A stretch of DNA of 64,000 nucleotides from an uncultured Gemmatimonadaceae bacterium (GTDB lineage Bacteria; Gemmatimonadota; Gemmatimonadetes; Gemmatimonadales; Gemmatimonadaceae): assembly GCA_963751275.1 (NCBI GenBank), contig CAVVTZ010000007.1, positions 288,001 through 352,000 on the forward strand, read 5' to 3'. Positions 37,664 to 47,975 of this stretch are shown one piece after another. A model generated the notes under the pieces. The model was not told the DNA's origin. It saw only the letters and a program-made list of their open reading frames with translations, and did not search any database. Positions within the stretch are counted from its first letter, which is position 1. Each line of letters begins with the position of its first letter. Position numbers and translations under genes: made by a program.

Positions 37664-40000
37664 ATGAGACTTCACTGCATCGCCGCGCTCGTGCTGGTCG
37701 CAGCGCCGCTCGCGGGACAGTCCAAGGCGCGGCCGCATCCACCGGCCGCCGCGAAGATCCCGACGCCCGCCTCGGTGCTTGGCTTCGAGCCCGGCGCCGA
37801 CCGGAAGCTTCCCTCCTGGAAGCAGGTGGTGGAGTATTTCACCAAGCTCGACGCCGCGAGTCCGCGCATCACCGTGCGCACGCTCGGCAAGACCACGCTC
37901 GGCCGGCCGTTCATCGCGGCGTTCATCGGCGACGCGAGCGTGATCGCCGATCTCCCGAAGTGGCGCGCGATCCAGCAGCGCCTCGCCGATCCGCGGCTCC
38001 GCCGCCCGCACGAGCGCGACTCGCTCCTGCTCAATGGGAAGCTCATCGTGCTCGTCACGTCGAGCATCCACTCGGATGAAGTGGGCGGCGTCGTCACGCC
38101 GCTCGTACTCGCCCATCGCCTCGTCACGAGCGAGGATGCCGACGCGCGCGCCATCCGCGCGAACACCATCGTGATCCTGGTGCCGTCGCTCAATCCCGAT
38201 GGCGTGGACATCGTGGGCGACTGGTATCGCGCGACGCTCGGCACCCCGAGCGAGGGCAGCGATCCGCCGGAGATCTATCACCACTACACGGGCCACGACA
38301 ACAATCGCGACTGGTACGCGTTCACGCAGGTAGAGACGCAGATGACCGTGGACTCGCTGCACAATCGCTGGCATCCGGCCATCGTGAACGACATCCACCA
38401 GCAGGGCAAATACGGATCGAGGATCTTCATCCCGCCGTATCTCGATCCCTTCGAGCCGAACATCGATCCGATCCTGCTCGCGGGACTCGACCAGCTCGGT
38501 TTCGCGATGACCTGGCGCCTCACCACCGAGGGGAAGACCGGCATCGCGAACTACGCGATCTACGACGTGTGGACGCCGGCGCGCGCGTACTCGCACTATC
38601 ACGACGGTGCCCGCGTGCTCACCGAGACCGCATCGGCGAACCTCGCGACGCCGGTGGACATTCCCTTCGATTCGCTGCGCACCGGCCGCGGCTACGACGC
38701 GCGCTCCGCCTCGTGGAACTTCCTCGCCCCGTGGCCGGGCGGGCGCTGGACGCTGGCCAACATCGTGGACTACCAGACGAGCGCGACCTGGGCCCTGCTC
38801 GCGAACGCATCGCGCGCGCGCGCCATGTGGATGGAGAGCTTCGCGCGCGTGGCCGAACGCGCGGTGGAGGGGAATCGCGCCGCCGGCCGCGCGAAATGGC
38901 CGGCGGCCTTCGTGATCCCAATGCAGCAGCCCGACCAGGCGGCGCTGCGCGCGATGCTCCGCATTCTGCAACGGGGCGGCGTGGAGATCCGCCGCGCGAC
39001 CGCGGCGTTCGCGGTGAACAACGTGAAGTACTCACCGGGCACGTACGTGGTGCTCACCGACCAGCCGTACGCCGGCTTCGCGAAGACGCTGCTGGAGAGG
39101 CAGCACTATCCCGATCTGCGCGAGTATCCCGGCGGGCCGCCGCGCGAGCCGTACGACGTGACCGCGCACACGCTGCCGTTGCTCATGGGCGTCGGCGTCG
39201 CCGCCGCGGATTCGTTTCCGGTGACGGTGGGCCCGGTCATCCCGCCGGTGGCGCAACCCAAGCTCGAGGTGCCGGGACTCTCCGGCGCGACGGCGCGGCG
39301 CATCGGCATCTATCGCAGCTACGCCGATGCGATCGATGAGGGATGGACGCGATTCCTCCTCGACGAGTACAAGATCCCCTTCAAGTCGCTCGTGAACGCG
39401 GAGGTGCAGGCCGGCGCGCTGCGCGCGCGCTACGATGTGATCATCATTCCCGACCAGTCGCCGCGCGAGATCACGGATGGCGCGCTGGACGAGAAGTATC
39501 CCGATTCGCTCACCGGCGGACTGGGCGACGCCGGTGCCGCCGCGCTCGAGGAGTTCGTCGCGGCGGGCGGCACGCTCGTGACGTTCAACGATGCGAGCCG
39601 GTGGGCGATCACCGCGCTGGGCCTCCCCGTGCGCGACGTGCTCATGGGCGTTCCGTCCCGGGAATTCTACGCCCCCGGCTCACTGCTCAACGTGTACGTG
39701 GACCGCGACCATCCGCTCACGAAGATGATGACCGCACATCCCGTGGTGTGGTTCGAGCACTCGCCCGCCTTCGAAGTGACGGACACGACGAAGGCCTCGG
39801 TGGTCGCGCTCTATCCGCTCGAGCAGGACCCGCTGGCCTCCGGCTGGCTCCTCGGCGGCGACAAGCTCCGCGGCAAGGCCGCGCTGGTGGATGTGCATGA
39901 GGGCGCCGGCCACGTGATCCTCTTCGGCTTCCGCCCCCAATTCCGGGGACAGAGCATGGCCATGTATCCGCTGATCTGGATGGCGTTGAAGGGTTGGTGA
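37664..40000 (+). CDS. Secreted M14 zinc carboxypeptidase with C-terminal GATase-like domain
   Basis: 'IHSDE', 'NPDG', 'DNNRD', 'DIHQQG'. Confidence 0.9.
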   Translation: MRLHCIAALVLVAAPLAGQSKARPHPPAAAKIPTPASVLGFEPGADRKLPSWKQVVEYFTKLDAASPRITVRTLGKTTLGRPFIAAFIGDASVIADLPKWRAIQQRLADPRLRRPHERDSLLLNGKLIVLVTSSIHSDEVGGVVTPLVLAHRLVTSEDADARAIRANTIVILVPSLNPDGVDIVGDWYRATLGTPSEGSDPPEIYHHYTGHDNNRDWYAFTQVETQMTVDSLHNRWHPAIVNDIHQQGKYGSRIFIPPYLDPFEPNIDPILLAGLDQLGFAMTWRLTTEGKTGIANYAIYDVWTPARAYSHYHDGARVLTETASANLATPVDIPFDSLRTGRGYDARSASWNFLAPWPGGRWTLANIVDYQTSATWALLANASRARAMWMESFARVAERAVEGNRAAGRAKWPAAFVIPMQQPDQAALRAMLRILQRGGVEIRRATAAFAVNNVKYSPGTYVVLTDQPYAGFAKTLLERQHYPDLREYPGGPPREPYDVTAHTLPLLMGVGVAAADSFPVTVGPVIPPVAQPKLEVPGLSGATARRIGIYRSYADAIDEGWTRFLLDEYKIPFKSLVNAEVQAGALRARYDVIIIPDQSPREITDGALDEKYPDSLTGGLGDAGAAALEEFVAAGGTLVTFNDASRWAITALGLPVRDVLMGVPSREFYAPGSLLNVYVDRDHPLTKMMTAHPVVWFEHSPAFEVTDTTKASVVALYPLEQDPLASGWLLGGDKLRGKAALVDVHEGAGHVILFGFRPQFRGQSMAMYPLIWMALKGW

Positions 40001-40045
40001 GTGGTTCGTCCCTTGGAGTCTCAGTCTCCATGAGACACGACTCAA

Positions 40046-40242
40046 ATCACGATAGAAGTTTCGGCCGGATCAACCGGATGATTCGGATCAATCGGATCGC
40101 TCCGCGCGCGGGCAACGTACCCTGCTGCGCCGCGGGCGCTGCGTACTTGTGTTAACAACAAGATCTGACCTCGACCCGCGACGGTGGTGACCGAGCACCC
40201 TCAGGCCGATCCGGCTCATCCGGCCGAAACTTCTATCGAGAT
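40046..40242. repeat. Family D ~200-bp TIR element, copy 1
   Basis: TIR GATAGAAGTTTCGGCCGGAT/ATCCGGCCGAAACTTCTATC; central CTTGTGTTAACAACAAG. Confidence 0.88.
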
Positions 40243-40286
40243 CTTTGTGTTCACGCTCGATGAGCGTGAACGCCGATGACGCACGT

Positions 40287-40327
40287 CGAAACGGGCCAGA
40301 GCGAAGATTCTCGCTCCGGCCCGTTCG
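40287..40327. terminator. Hairpin at the 3' end of the VPS10/BNR gene
   Basis: AACGGGCCAGAGCGA...TCGCTCCGGCCCGTT. Confidence 0.5.
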
Positions 40328-40347
40328 CGTGAGACTTGAACCCGTCG

Positions 40348-43300
40348 TTAGAAACTTCGCGCCGCCACCATGACATCCACCGAACTCGGCACGATCGCCG
40401 CCGCTCCCGCCTTCTTGAGCGCATCGTTCACCTTCGGCAGATCAGCCGCCAGCGCACTCCTCAGTTCGTTCAGCTGCTTCGCGATCTGCGGCGCGAAGTC
40501 ATTGAAAACTTCCACCATCTGATTCGTCGGCCGCGCCGGCATCGACGAGGCCATCCCGGCCAGATTGCTCGTGCGCTCGATCAGCTTGGGCGCGTAGACG
40601 AGATTGTCCTCGTCGGACCGCATGTTCACTTCATACAGCGCCTCTTCCACCGCGTTGATCCGCGCGAGCAGCGGCTTGGCCGCCGCGCCCACCGCCGCGG
40701 TGTCGGCGGGTTTCATCTTCGCCATCCGGTCGGCGAGCTGCCACCGCACGTTGCGCACCGTGAGCACCGCCGTGACGCCGGCGGACACGGTGTCGCGCAC
40801 CTTCATCTCGAAATCGAACTGCGCCTTCAGATCCTCCGCGCTCACCGTGATGCGCGGATCGTTCTTGAGCGTGAAGCGCGCGGAATCGGACTTCCCATCC
40901 GCCGTCACGCGCACCCAGTAGGTTCCCGCGAGCGCCATCGGGCCGCTCGACGTCACGCCGAGCTCGCCCGTGAACTGGCGCGCGTCGGGATAATTCATGT
41001 TCCAGGCGAACTTGTTGAGCCCCGACTTGTTGGGCGCCCGCGGTTCCGGCGGCACGCGCTGCGGCCAGGGCGGATTGAATTCGTTGTCGAAGCCGGCCAC
41101 GGCCTCCGAGAGCGCCGCCGTGTCGGGCACCGCGCCCGTCTTGCGGATGCTGTCGGCCATTGCCGCCTTCACGCTCTCCTTGAGCACGCTGTCCGCGCGC
41201 GCCATGGAGTCCATGCCGCTCGAGAACGAGCGGATCAGCCTTCCCTTGGCGTCGAGGATGTCGACCGTCACCGCCTGGTTCGCAGCGCCCAGCGAGTAAT
41301 AGATGATCGCCCCGCTCGACGGGTTCATCCCGAGCGGCTGCGACGGCGGCTGCACCTCGGACACCTGCCCCCACTGCACGCGCCACGCATCGATCGGCGC
41401 ATACACATGCGGCGCCGATGCCAAGGCCGTTGCCGCCGTCATCAATCGGAGCGGCGTGATGTCGTCCAGGATCCAGAACGAACGCCCGTGCGTCGCGGCG
41501 ATGAGATCCGCGTCCTTGATCATCAGGTCGTGCACCGGCACCCAAGGCAGGTTCCGCTTCAGCGAGCGCCAGTGCGCGCCGTCGTCGAAGCTCACGTACA
41601 CGCTCCTCTCCGTGGAGGCGAAGAGGAGGCCGCGGCGCACCGGATCCTCGCGCACCGAGCGCACGAACTCCGTGGCCGGGATCCCGGTGACGATCTTCGT
41701 CCACGTCTTGCCGAAGTCGTTGGTCTTGTAGATCAGCGGCTGGTCATCCTGCAACTGATAACGATTCGCGGCGACGTACGCGCTGCCTTCGTCGTAGTGG
41801 CCGGCCTCGATGAGCGACACGCGCGTGAAGTCGCCGAAGTTCGGCGGCGTCACGTTCATCCACTTCTTCCCTCCGTCTACCGTCACGTGGATGAGTCCGT
41901 CATCCGAACCGGCCCAGAGCACGCCCGCCTTCTTGAACGATTCCGCGATCGTGAACACCGTCGCGTAGAACTCGGCGGTGGTCTGGTCATGCGTGATCGG
42001 GCCGCCGGAGATGCCGGTGGTCTTCGGATCGTTGCGCGTGAGATCGGGGGAGATCGCCGTCCAACTCTGCCCCTGGTCCGTGGTCTTGAACACCACGTTG
42101 CCGCCCGTGTACACGACGTTCGGATTGTGCGGCGAGATGAGGATCGGCGCCGTCCATTGGAAGCGATACTTGCTCTCTGCTGCGGAGTGCCCGTCGGGAC
42201 TGTCGGGCCACACGCTCACGATGCGCAGGAAATCCGTGCGGTGGTCCTTCCGCGTGAGCAGGCCGCTGTTGTCGCCGCCGAAGGTGACATCCGGCTCGTC
42301 GGGCTTCGCTTCGATGTAGCCCGCCTCGCCCCCGCCCGGATCGTACCACTGCTCGATCGGAATGCCGCCGGGATAGCGGCTCGGCCCGCACATCGCGCTG
42401 TTGTCCTGCTGGGCGCCGCATACGCGGTACGGGAAGTGATTCGTGGCCGACACGTGGTAGAACTGCGCGGTCGCGTAATCCTGCAGCGACCAGGTCTTGC
42501 CGCCGTTGTACGACACGCTCGCGCCGCCGTCGCTCGACTGGATCATCCGCTGCGGATCGTTCGGCGCGACCCAGAAATCGTGATCGTCGCCGTGCGGCTC
42601 CTGCAGCCAGCGCCAGGTGACGCCGCCGTCGGTGCTCTTGTACAAGCCGACGTTGGGCGCGTACATCACATCCGCGTTCTTCGCATCCGCGTAGATCATG
42701 GAGTAGTACCACGCGCGCTCGCGGAGCTTGTGGTCGCCGTTGATGTAGCGCCACGTCGCGCCGCCATCCTCGGAGCGGTACACGCCGCCCGCCGCCTGGT
42801 TCTCGATGATCGCCGTCACCCGCATCGGCTTCGCCGCCGACACCGCGATCCCGATCTTGCCGATGAGCCCGCCCGGCATCCCCGCGTTCTTCGTGAGCTC
42901 CACCCAGTGCTCGCCCGCGTCGGTGCTCTTGAACAGTCCGCTCCCGGCGCCGCCCGAGACGAGTTGCCACGGCTTGCGCCCCGCCTGCCAGAGACCCGCG
43001 TACAGGACATCCGGATTCGTCGGATCCAGGATCAGGTCCGACGCGCCGGTCGAGTCGTTCCGGAAGAGCACCTTCCGCCAGGTTTTCCCGCCGTCGGTGC
43101 TCTTGAACACGCCGCGGTCGGCGCTCGGGCCGTACGCCTGGCCTTCCACCGCCGCATACACGATATCCGGGTTCGTCGGATGCACGCGCATGCGCGCGAT
43201 CTGCCCGGCCTTCTCGAGCCCGACGTGCGACCACGTCTTGCCGGCGTCGGTGGTCTTCCACACGCCATCGCCGGCCGACACGTTGCCGCGGATCCCCCAC

Positions 43301-43653
43301 TCACCGGTGCCCACGTACACGATGTCGGGGTTCGACTCGCTCACGCCGATCGCGCCGATGGTGCCGCCGAAATATTTCTCGCCGCTCGGCAGCCACGTGT
43401 TGCCGCCATCGGTGGATTTGAAGACGCCGCCGCCCGTCGTCCCCATCCAGAACTCGTACGCGCGCGCCGCCGATCCGGCCACCGCCACCGACCGTCCGCC
43501 CCGGAACGGCCCGATCTCACGCCACTTGAGCGCGCGGAACGCGGTCGTATCGAGGGTGCTGCCATCCATCATCGGCGCCTGCGCCTGAGCGGCGCCCGTG
43601 ACAAGCAGCGCTCCGAGCGCGAGCGCACGAACTGCCAGCGATGTGCGGGTCAT
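40348..43653 (-). CDS. Secreted BNR/Asp-box (VPS10-like) beta-propeller protein, glycosyl hydrolase-like
   Basis: 'WREIGPFRGGR' and many S/TxDxGxxW Asp-boxes. Confidence 0.9.
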   Translation of the reverse strand: MTRTSLAVRALALGALLVTGAAQAQAPMMDGSTLDTTAFRALKWREIGPFRGGRSVAVAGSAARAYEFWMGTTGGGVFKSTDGGNTWLPSGEKYFGGTIGAIGVSESNPDIVYVGTGEWGIRGNVSAGDGVWKTTDAGKTWSHVGLEKAGQIARMRVHPTNPDIVYAAVEGQAYGPSADRGVFKSTDGGKTWRKVLFRNDSTGASDLILDPTNPDVLYAGLWQAGRKPWQLVSGGAGSGLFKSTDAGEHWVELTKNAGMPGGLIGKIGIAVSAAKPMRVTAIIENQAAGGVYRSEDGGATWRYINGDHKLRERAWYYSMIYADAKNADVMYAPNVGLYKSTDGGVTWRWLQEPHGDDHDFWVAPNDPQRMIQSSDGGASVSYNGGKTWSLQDYATAQFYHVSATNHFPYRVCGAQQDNSAMCGPSRYPGGIPIEQWYDPGGGEAGYIEAKPDEPDVTFGGDNSGLLTRKDHRTDFLRIVSVWPDSPDGHSAAESKYRFQWTAPILISPHNPNVVYTGGNVVFKTTDQGQSWTAISPDLTRNDPKTTGISGGPITHDQTTAEFYATVFTIAESFKKAGVLWAGSDDGLIHVTVDGGKKWMNVTPPNFGDFTRVSLIEAGHYDEGSAYVAANRYQLQDDQPLIYKTNDFGKTWTKIVTGIPATEFVRSVREDPVRRGLLFASTERSVYVSFDDGAHWRSLKRNLPWVPVHDLMIKDADLIAATHGRSFWILDDITPLRLMTAATALASAPHVYAPIDAWRVQWGQVSEVQPPSQPLGMNPSSGAIIYYSLGAANQAVTVDILDAKGRLIRSFSSGMDSMARADSVLKESVKAAMADSIRKTGAVPDTAALSEAVAGFDNEFNPPWPQRVPPEPRAPNKSGLNKFAWNMNYPDARQFTGELGVTSSGPMALAGTYWVRVTADGKSDSARFTLKNDPRITVSAEDLKAQFDFEMKVRDTVSAGVTAVLTVRNVRWQLADRMAKMKPADTAAVGAAAKPLLARINAVEEALYEVNMRSDEDNLVYAPKLIERTSNLAGMASSMPARPTNQMVEVFNDFAPQIAKQLNELRSALAADLPKVNDALKKAGAAAIVPSSVDVMVAARSF

Positions 43654-43731
43654 TGAACAACTCCGGGGTGTGGTTGCAGAGACACCAATCTTGTGACTGC
43701 GCGCGCCGCGAGGGAAGAGGATCGCGGTCAT

Positions 43732-43853
43732 GAGGGCCAACAACAGAACTGCTTTGACAGGATGAACATGATGGACATGATGACAGCAGCCGCGCGGCTG
43801 CTGTCATCATGTCCATCATGTTCATCCTGTCAAAAGCAGTTCTGTTGGCCCTC
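43732..43853. repeat. Family C palindromic element, copy 2 (arms in opposite arrangement to copy 1)
   Basis: AACTGCTTTGACAGGATGAACATGATGGACATGATGACAGCAGCC and its reverse complement. Confidence 0.9.
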
Positions 43854-43865
43854 GCGACCGCGCTA

Positions 43866-45686
43866 TCACCTCGCCTTGCGCGCCGCCACCCACTCGTGGA
43901 TGTGACTCTCGAGAAGTGAGAGCGGGACCGCGCCCTGGCTGAGCACCTGGTCGTGGAACTCGCGAATGTCGAACTTCGGCCCGAGCTCGGTCTGCGCGTA
44001 GGCCTTCAGCTCCTTGATCTTCAGCTCGCCCGTCTTGTAGGCGAGTGCTTGCGCGGGGTCGGAGATGTAGCGGTCCACCTCCACGACGATGTCGCGATCG
44101 GTCTTCGCCGTGTTGGCCGTGAAGAAATCGATCGCCTCCTGCCGCGTCATGCCGAACTGGTGCATGCCCGTATCGATCACGAGCCGCACGGCGCGCCACA
44201 TCTCGTACGTGAGCTGCCCGAACTTCGAATACGGATCCTGGTAGAGCCCGAGGTCGGCGCCGAGGCTCTCGCCATAGAGCGCCCATCCCTCCACGAACGC
44301 CGTGTAGCCGCCGTAGCGGCGGAACTCGGGCACGTTCTCCTGCTCCTGCGCGAGCGCGATCTGCAGATGATGGCCGGGCACCGATTCGTGCAGCGTGAGC
44401 GCTTCCATCTCCCACTTCGGCCGCATGTTCAGCTGGTAGGTGTTCACCATGAACATCCCCGCACGCGGCGCCTTCGGCGCGCCCGGCTGGTAGTACGCGG
44501 TGGTGGCCGACGGCGCGATGTAGTTGGGGATCGTACCCACGCCGTAGGTGAGGCGCGGGAGCTTGCCGAAGAGCTTCACGAGCCCGGGATCGATGCGCTT
44601 GTCGATGTCGCGGTAGCCGCGCACGAGGCTCGCGGAATCGGTGTAATAGAACTGCGGGTCGGTGCGCAGGAACTTCACGAAGTCCTGGAACGTGCCCTTG
44701 AAGCCCGTGGACGCGATGACGCTGTCCATCAGCGCGTGGATGCGCTTCACCTCGGCGAGTCCGATGTCGTGGATCTGCTGCGGCGTGCGGTCGGTGGTGG
44801 TCTCCATGCGCACGTTGTACGCGTACCACGCGTTGCCGTCGGGCAGCGCGCTCATCGCGATCGATTCGCGTGCGCCGGGCACGTAGGTGTTCGCGAGATA
44901 GTCGTGGAACTTCTGGTAGGCGGGCTTCACCTTCGTGGTGTACGCGCTCACGGCCGCGGCGCGCAGGCGCTCCTGGTCGGCGGCCGGGATCCCCAGCGTG
45001 AACTTCTTGAACTGCGTGAGCAGCGGGCTCTTCATCGGATCGTCGGGGATCAGGTCCTGCACCTGCTTCGGCACGTCGCGCAGCGTGATGCGCGGCCACG
45101 TGACGCCGGCGGCGAGCCCCTTCTTGAGCAGCACCGTCGCGTTGTCGAGCACCGTGGGGATCCCGTTCAGTCGCGAGATGATGTTCTCATAGTCGGCAAC
45201 GGTGGCGTTGGGATTGTCCGCCAGCGTCTCGGCGAGCCCCTGCGGGCCGCCGCGCTGCGAGATCGCGAGATACTCGCCGGGGAAGCGCTGTCCCTCGAGG
45301 CCATCGACCACGTCCTTCTTGAAGAGGTCGTAGTTGAGCTGGTCGGCCACGGAGAGCGACGCGCGATCGATCGAGTTGATGACGGTCAGCGGCAGCTTCG
45401 CCTCCTGCTTCCGCCGCGCGATCGCGTCCAGCGAGTTGTCCGTCCAGCGGCCGTTCTGGCCGGGATACCCGGTATAGGTCGCGAATTCCGGATGCTCGAT
45501 GTTGCTCTTCTCCCAGTCGAGCGCGAAGAGCTGATGGAGCCGAACGCTGTCGGCGGTCTGCCCTTTGGCCGCCGCGAGTGCGTTGAAGCGCGCGGCCCAG
45601 TCCTGGTTCGCGGGTTGCTGGGCGGCGGCCGCGAACGTGACGAACGAGGCGGCGATGAGGACGCGGGTGATGACGGTGAAACGCAT
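43866..45686 (-). CDS. DUF885 family protein
   Basis: 'HESVPGHHLQ', 'EGWALY', 'RAVRLVIDTGMH', 'EVDRY', 'QALAYK'. Confidence 0.92.
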   Translation of the reverse strand: MRFTVITRVLIAASFVTFAAAAQQPANQDWAARFNALAAAKGQTADSVRLHQLFALDWEKSNIEHPEFATYTGYPGQNGRWTDNSLDAIARRKQEAKLPLTVINSIDRASLSVADQLNYDLFKKDVVDGLEGQRFPGEYLAISQRGGPQGLAETLADNPNATVADYENIISRLNGIPTVLDNATVLLKKGLAAGVTWPRITLRDVPKQVQDLIPDDPMKSPLLTQFKKFTLGIPAADQERLRAAAVSAYTTKVKPAYQKFHDYLANTYVPGARESIAMSALPDGNAWYAYNVRMETTTDRTPQQIHDIGLAEVKRIHALMDSVIASTGFKGTFQDFVKFLRTDPQFYYTDSASLVRGYRDIDKRIDPGLVKLFGKLPRLTYGVGTIPNYIAPSATTAYYQPGAPKAPRAGMFMVNTYQLNMRPKWEMEALTLHESVPGHHLQIALAQEQENVPEFRRYGGYTAFVEGWALYGESLGADLGLYQDPYSKFGQLTYEMWRAVRLVIDTGMHQFGMTRQEAIDFFTANTAKTDRDIVVEVDRYISDPAQALAYKTGELKIKELKAYAQTELGPKFDIREFHDQVLSQGAVPLSLLESHIHEWVAARKAR

Positions 45687-45789
45687 GGAACGCTCCGTGT
45701 AGATCGTGAAGTGATGCCGCGTGAACGTATCCGCCGGCCCAGCGCGGTCAAGGCGCGGCCTCGCGGCGCCGGCGCTACATTTCGCGGCC

Positions 45790-46944
45790 ATGACCGGAAG
45801 AACGGCATTCCTCCTGCTCGCGATGCTACCCGTCGCGATCCACACGCAAACGCCACGAGCGCCCAAGCCGTCCGCGCCCGTGCCGTTCTGCGCGGCCCCG
45901 CCGGCGCCCGCGCCGGATTCCATTGCGCGGCCGCTGCCGCCGCTCGTGCCGACGCCCGATCCGGTACGCGGACTCTATGTGAACCGCTGGGCCGCGATCG
46001 GCACGCGTTTCAACGACCTCATTGCGATCGCCGCGCGCACCGAGGTCAACGCGCTCGTGATCGACGTGAAGGACGACCGCGGGCTCGTGCTCTATCGTTC
46101 GCAGGTGCCGCTCGCCCGCGCCATCGGCGCCGACACGAACCGTCCGCTCCGCGCCGAGCGCCTTCGCGCGGCGCTCGACACCATGCGCGCGCTCGGCATT
46201 TATCCGATCGCGCGCATCGTCGTCGCGAAGGACCCGATCCTCGCCTCCGCACGGCCGGCGTGGGCGATCCGATCGCGGTCCGACACATCGCGCGCCTGGC
46301 ACGACAAGCTGGGGAAGCCATGGCTCGATCCGCACCAGGACGGCCCGTGGCGCTACGCCGCCGATCTCGCCTGTGAGGCGGTGCAGCTCGGCTTCAGCGA
46401 AGTGCAGTTCGACTACGTGCGCTTCCCCGATGAATCGCGTCTCCAGCGCGAAGCGACCTTCCCGCTCGCCGCGGGACGCACGCGCGACCAGGTGATCCAC
46501 ACGCAGCTCGCCACGTTGCGTGACCGCCTGCGCCCGCTCGGCGTGCCGGTGACCGCGGATGTGTTCGGGCTCACCACCACCGACACGACCGGCATGTTCA
46601 TCGGCCAGCGCTGGGAGAGCACGGTGAACACGGTGGACGTGATCCTGCCGATGATGTACCCATCGCACTACCGCCCGGGGATGTACGGACTGAAGAATCC
46701 GAATGCGCATCCCAGTGCGGTGATCACGAACGGCCTGCGCGACGCGCATCGCCGCACCGCCGGCATCGCGGATGCCGCGACGATCCGGCCGTGGTACCAG
46801 GATTTCACGCTGGGGCCGCCGCGATACGGCGCGGCCCAAGTGCGCGCGCAGATCGAGGCGGGGTACAGAATGGGAGTGATGAGCTGGCTGCTGTGGAATC
46901 CGCGGAGCGCATATACCCTTAGCGCGCTCAAGCCGAAGTCCTAG
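45790..46944 (+). CDS. Putative glycoside hydrolase (DUF4015-like)
   Basis: 'NALVIDVKDDRG', 'EVQFDYVRFP', 'PMMYPSHY', 'RPWYQDF'. Confidence 0.85.
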   Translation: MTGRTAFLLLAMLPVAIHTQTPRAPKPSAPVPFCAAPPAPAPDSIARPLPPLVPTPDPVRGLYVNRWAAIGTRFNDLIAIAARTEVNALVIDVKDDRGLVLYRSQVPLARAIGADTNRPLRAERLRAALDTMRALGIYPIARIVVAKDPILASARPAWAIRSRSDTSRAWHDKLGKPWLDPHQDGPWRYAADLACEAVQLGFSEVQFDYVRFPDESRLQREATFPLAAGRTRDQVIHTQLATLRDRLRPLGVPVTADVFGLTTTDTTGMFIGQRWESTVNTVDVILPMMYPSHYRPGMYGLKNPNAHPSAVITNGLRDAHRRTAGIADAATIRPWYQDFTLGPPRYGAAQVRAQIEAGYRMGVMSWLLWNPRSAYTLSALKPKS

Positions 46945-46961
46945 CGCCCCCAATTACTACA

Positions 46962-47139
46962 GGCGAACCCCGTACTCCGTACTTGGTCCCCCGAACTCCG
47001 CCATTGGCCACTGAGGTGTGGTAACGGCTCGGGCGTACTTGGCGTTGCGTGAACACCATGCCAGCAACGCCGTCGCTCTTACCACACGTCAAGCGCCAAT
47101 GGCGGAGTTCGGGGGACCAAGTACGGAGTTCGGGTCGCC
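46962..47139. repeat. Family A palindromic element, copy 3, with a different interior
   Basis: CTCCGTACTTGGTCCCCCGAACTCCGCCATTGGC pairs with GCCAATGGCGGAGTTCGGGGGACCAAGTACGGAG; inner GTGTGGTAA/TTACCACAC. Confidence 0.9.
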
Positions 47140-47150
47140 AATGGCGCTCG

Positions 47151-47975
47151 TTAGCCCTTCTGCAACCAAGGCGCGAGTATTTCCGCCACTGATTCGGGCG
47201 CCGTTTCGGGTGGATAGTGCATTACATCCGGCAGCACATGGAGCGTCGACTTGGGGATCGTCTGCTCCAGCCGCATGCCGATCGACAGCGGAAGGAACGG
47301 ATCGTCGGCGCCCCAAATGATCGCCGTCGGGATCTTGAGCTTCTTCAACCCCGGCACGAGCGCCTCGGTCTCCGCCGAGTCCAGTGCGCCGACGTGCGCG
47401 ATGAGCGCCTCGCGGCCCCCTGGCGTCTCGAACGGACGAAGATACATGTCCACCGAATGGGCGCCGTGTTCTTCCTCCTCGTACGCTCCCTTCAGCGCGC
47501 GCCGGAGCATCGACATCATCGGTTTGACGGGCAGCCGTTTCGCGAACGGGATTCCGGCCTTCGCCGTCTTGAGCGCGGCCGGCGGCCACTCATCGAAACC
47601 CACCGTGGAGATGAGCGCGAGGCGCGACACGCGCGCCGGATGCTCCACCGCGAGATACTGCGCGATGCCGCCGCCCAGGTCGTGCCCCACGAGCGCGCAG
47701 CGCGCGATCTTCATCGCATCCAGGAACCCGATGAGCCGCGCGGCGTGGCCGGCGATGCTCATGTCCTGCGTGCCCGGCCGGTCGCTGCGCCCGTAGCCGA
47801 GCAGGTCGAGCACCACCGCGCGATAGCCCGCCGGCATGAGCGGCACCACGTCGCGCCAGAGGTGCGATGATGCGGGAAAGCCGTGCAGGAAGATGACCGG
47901 GTCGCCCTTTCCCCTCGTGCCGGCCGCGTAGTAGTACAGCCGCGCGCCGGCGACCTCGACGAATTCCCCTCTCAA
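47151..47975 (-). CDS. Alpha/beta hydrolase (epoxide hydrolase/dehalogenase-like, Asp nucleophile)
   Basis: 'LHGFP', 'DLLGYG', 'GHDLGG'; TTG start overlapping the upstream stop. Confidence 0.88.
   Translation of the reverse strand: MRGEFVEVAGARLYYYAAGTRGKGDPVIFLHGFPASSHLWRDVVPLMPAGYRAVVLDLLGYGRSDRPGTQDMSIAGHAARLIGFLDAMKIARCALVGHDLGGGIAQYLAVEHPARVSRLALISTVGFDEWPPAALKTAKAGIPFAKRLPVKPMMSMLRRALKGAYEEEEHGAHSVDMYLRPFETPGGREALIAHVGALDSAETEALVPGLKKLKIPTAIIWGADDPFLPLSIGMRLEQTIPKSTLHVLPDVMHYPPETAPESVAEILAPWLQKG

Noticed and set aside
40336..43656. Very long antisense or alternative-frame ORFs (also 657-2498, 43953-46376, 55834-58788 and the 5' extension of 14426-18916)
   Set aside because: Arg/His/Ala-rich shadows of real genes, expected at high GC3.
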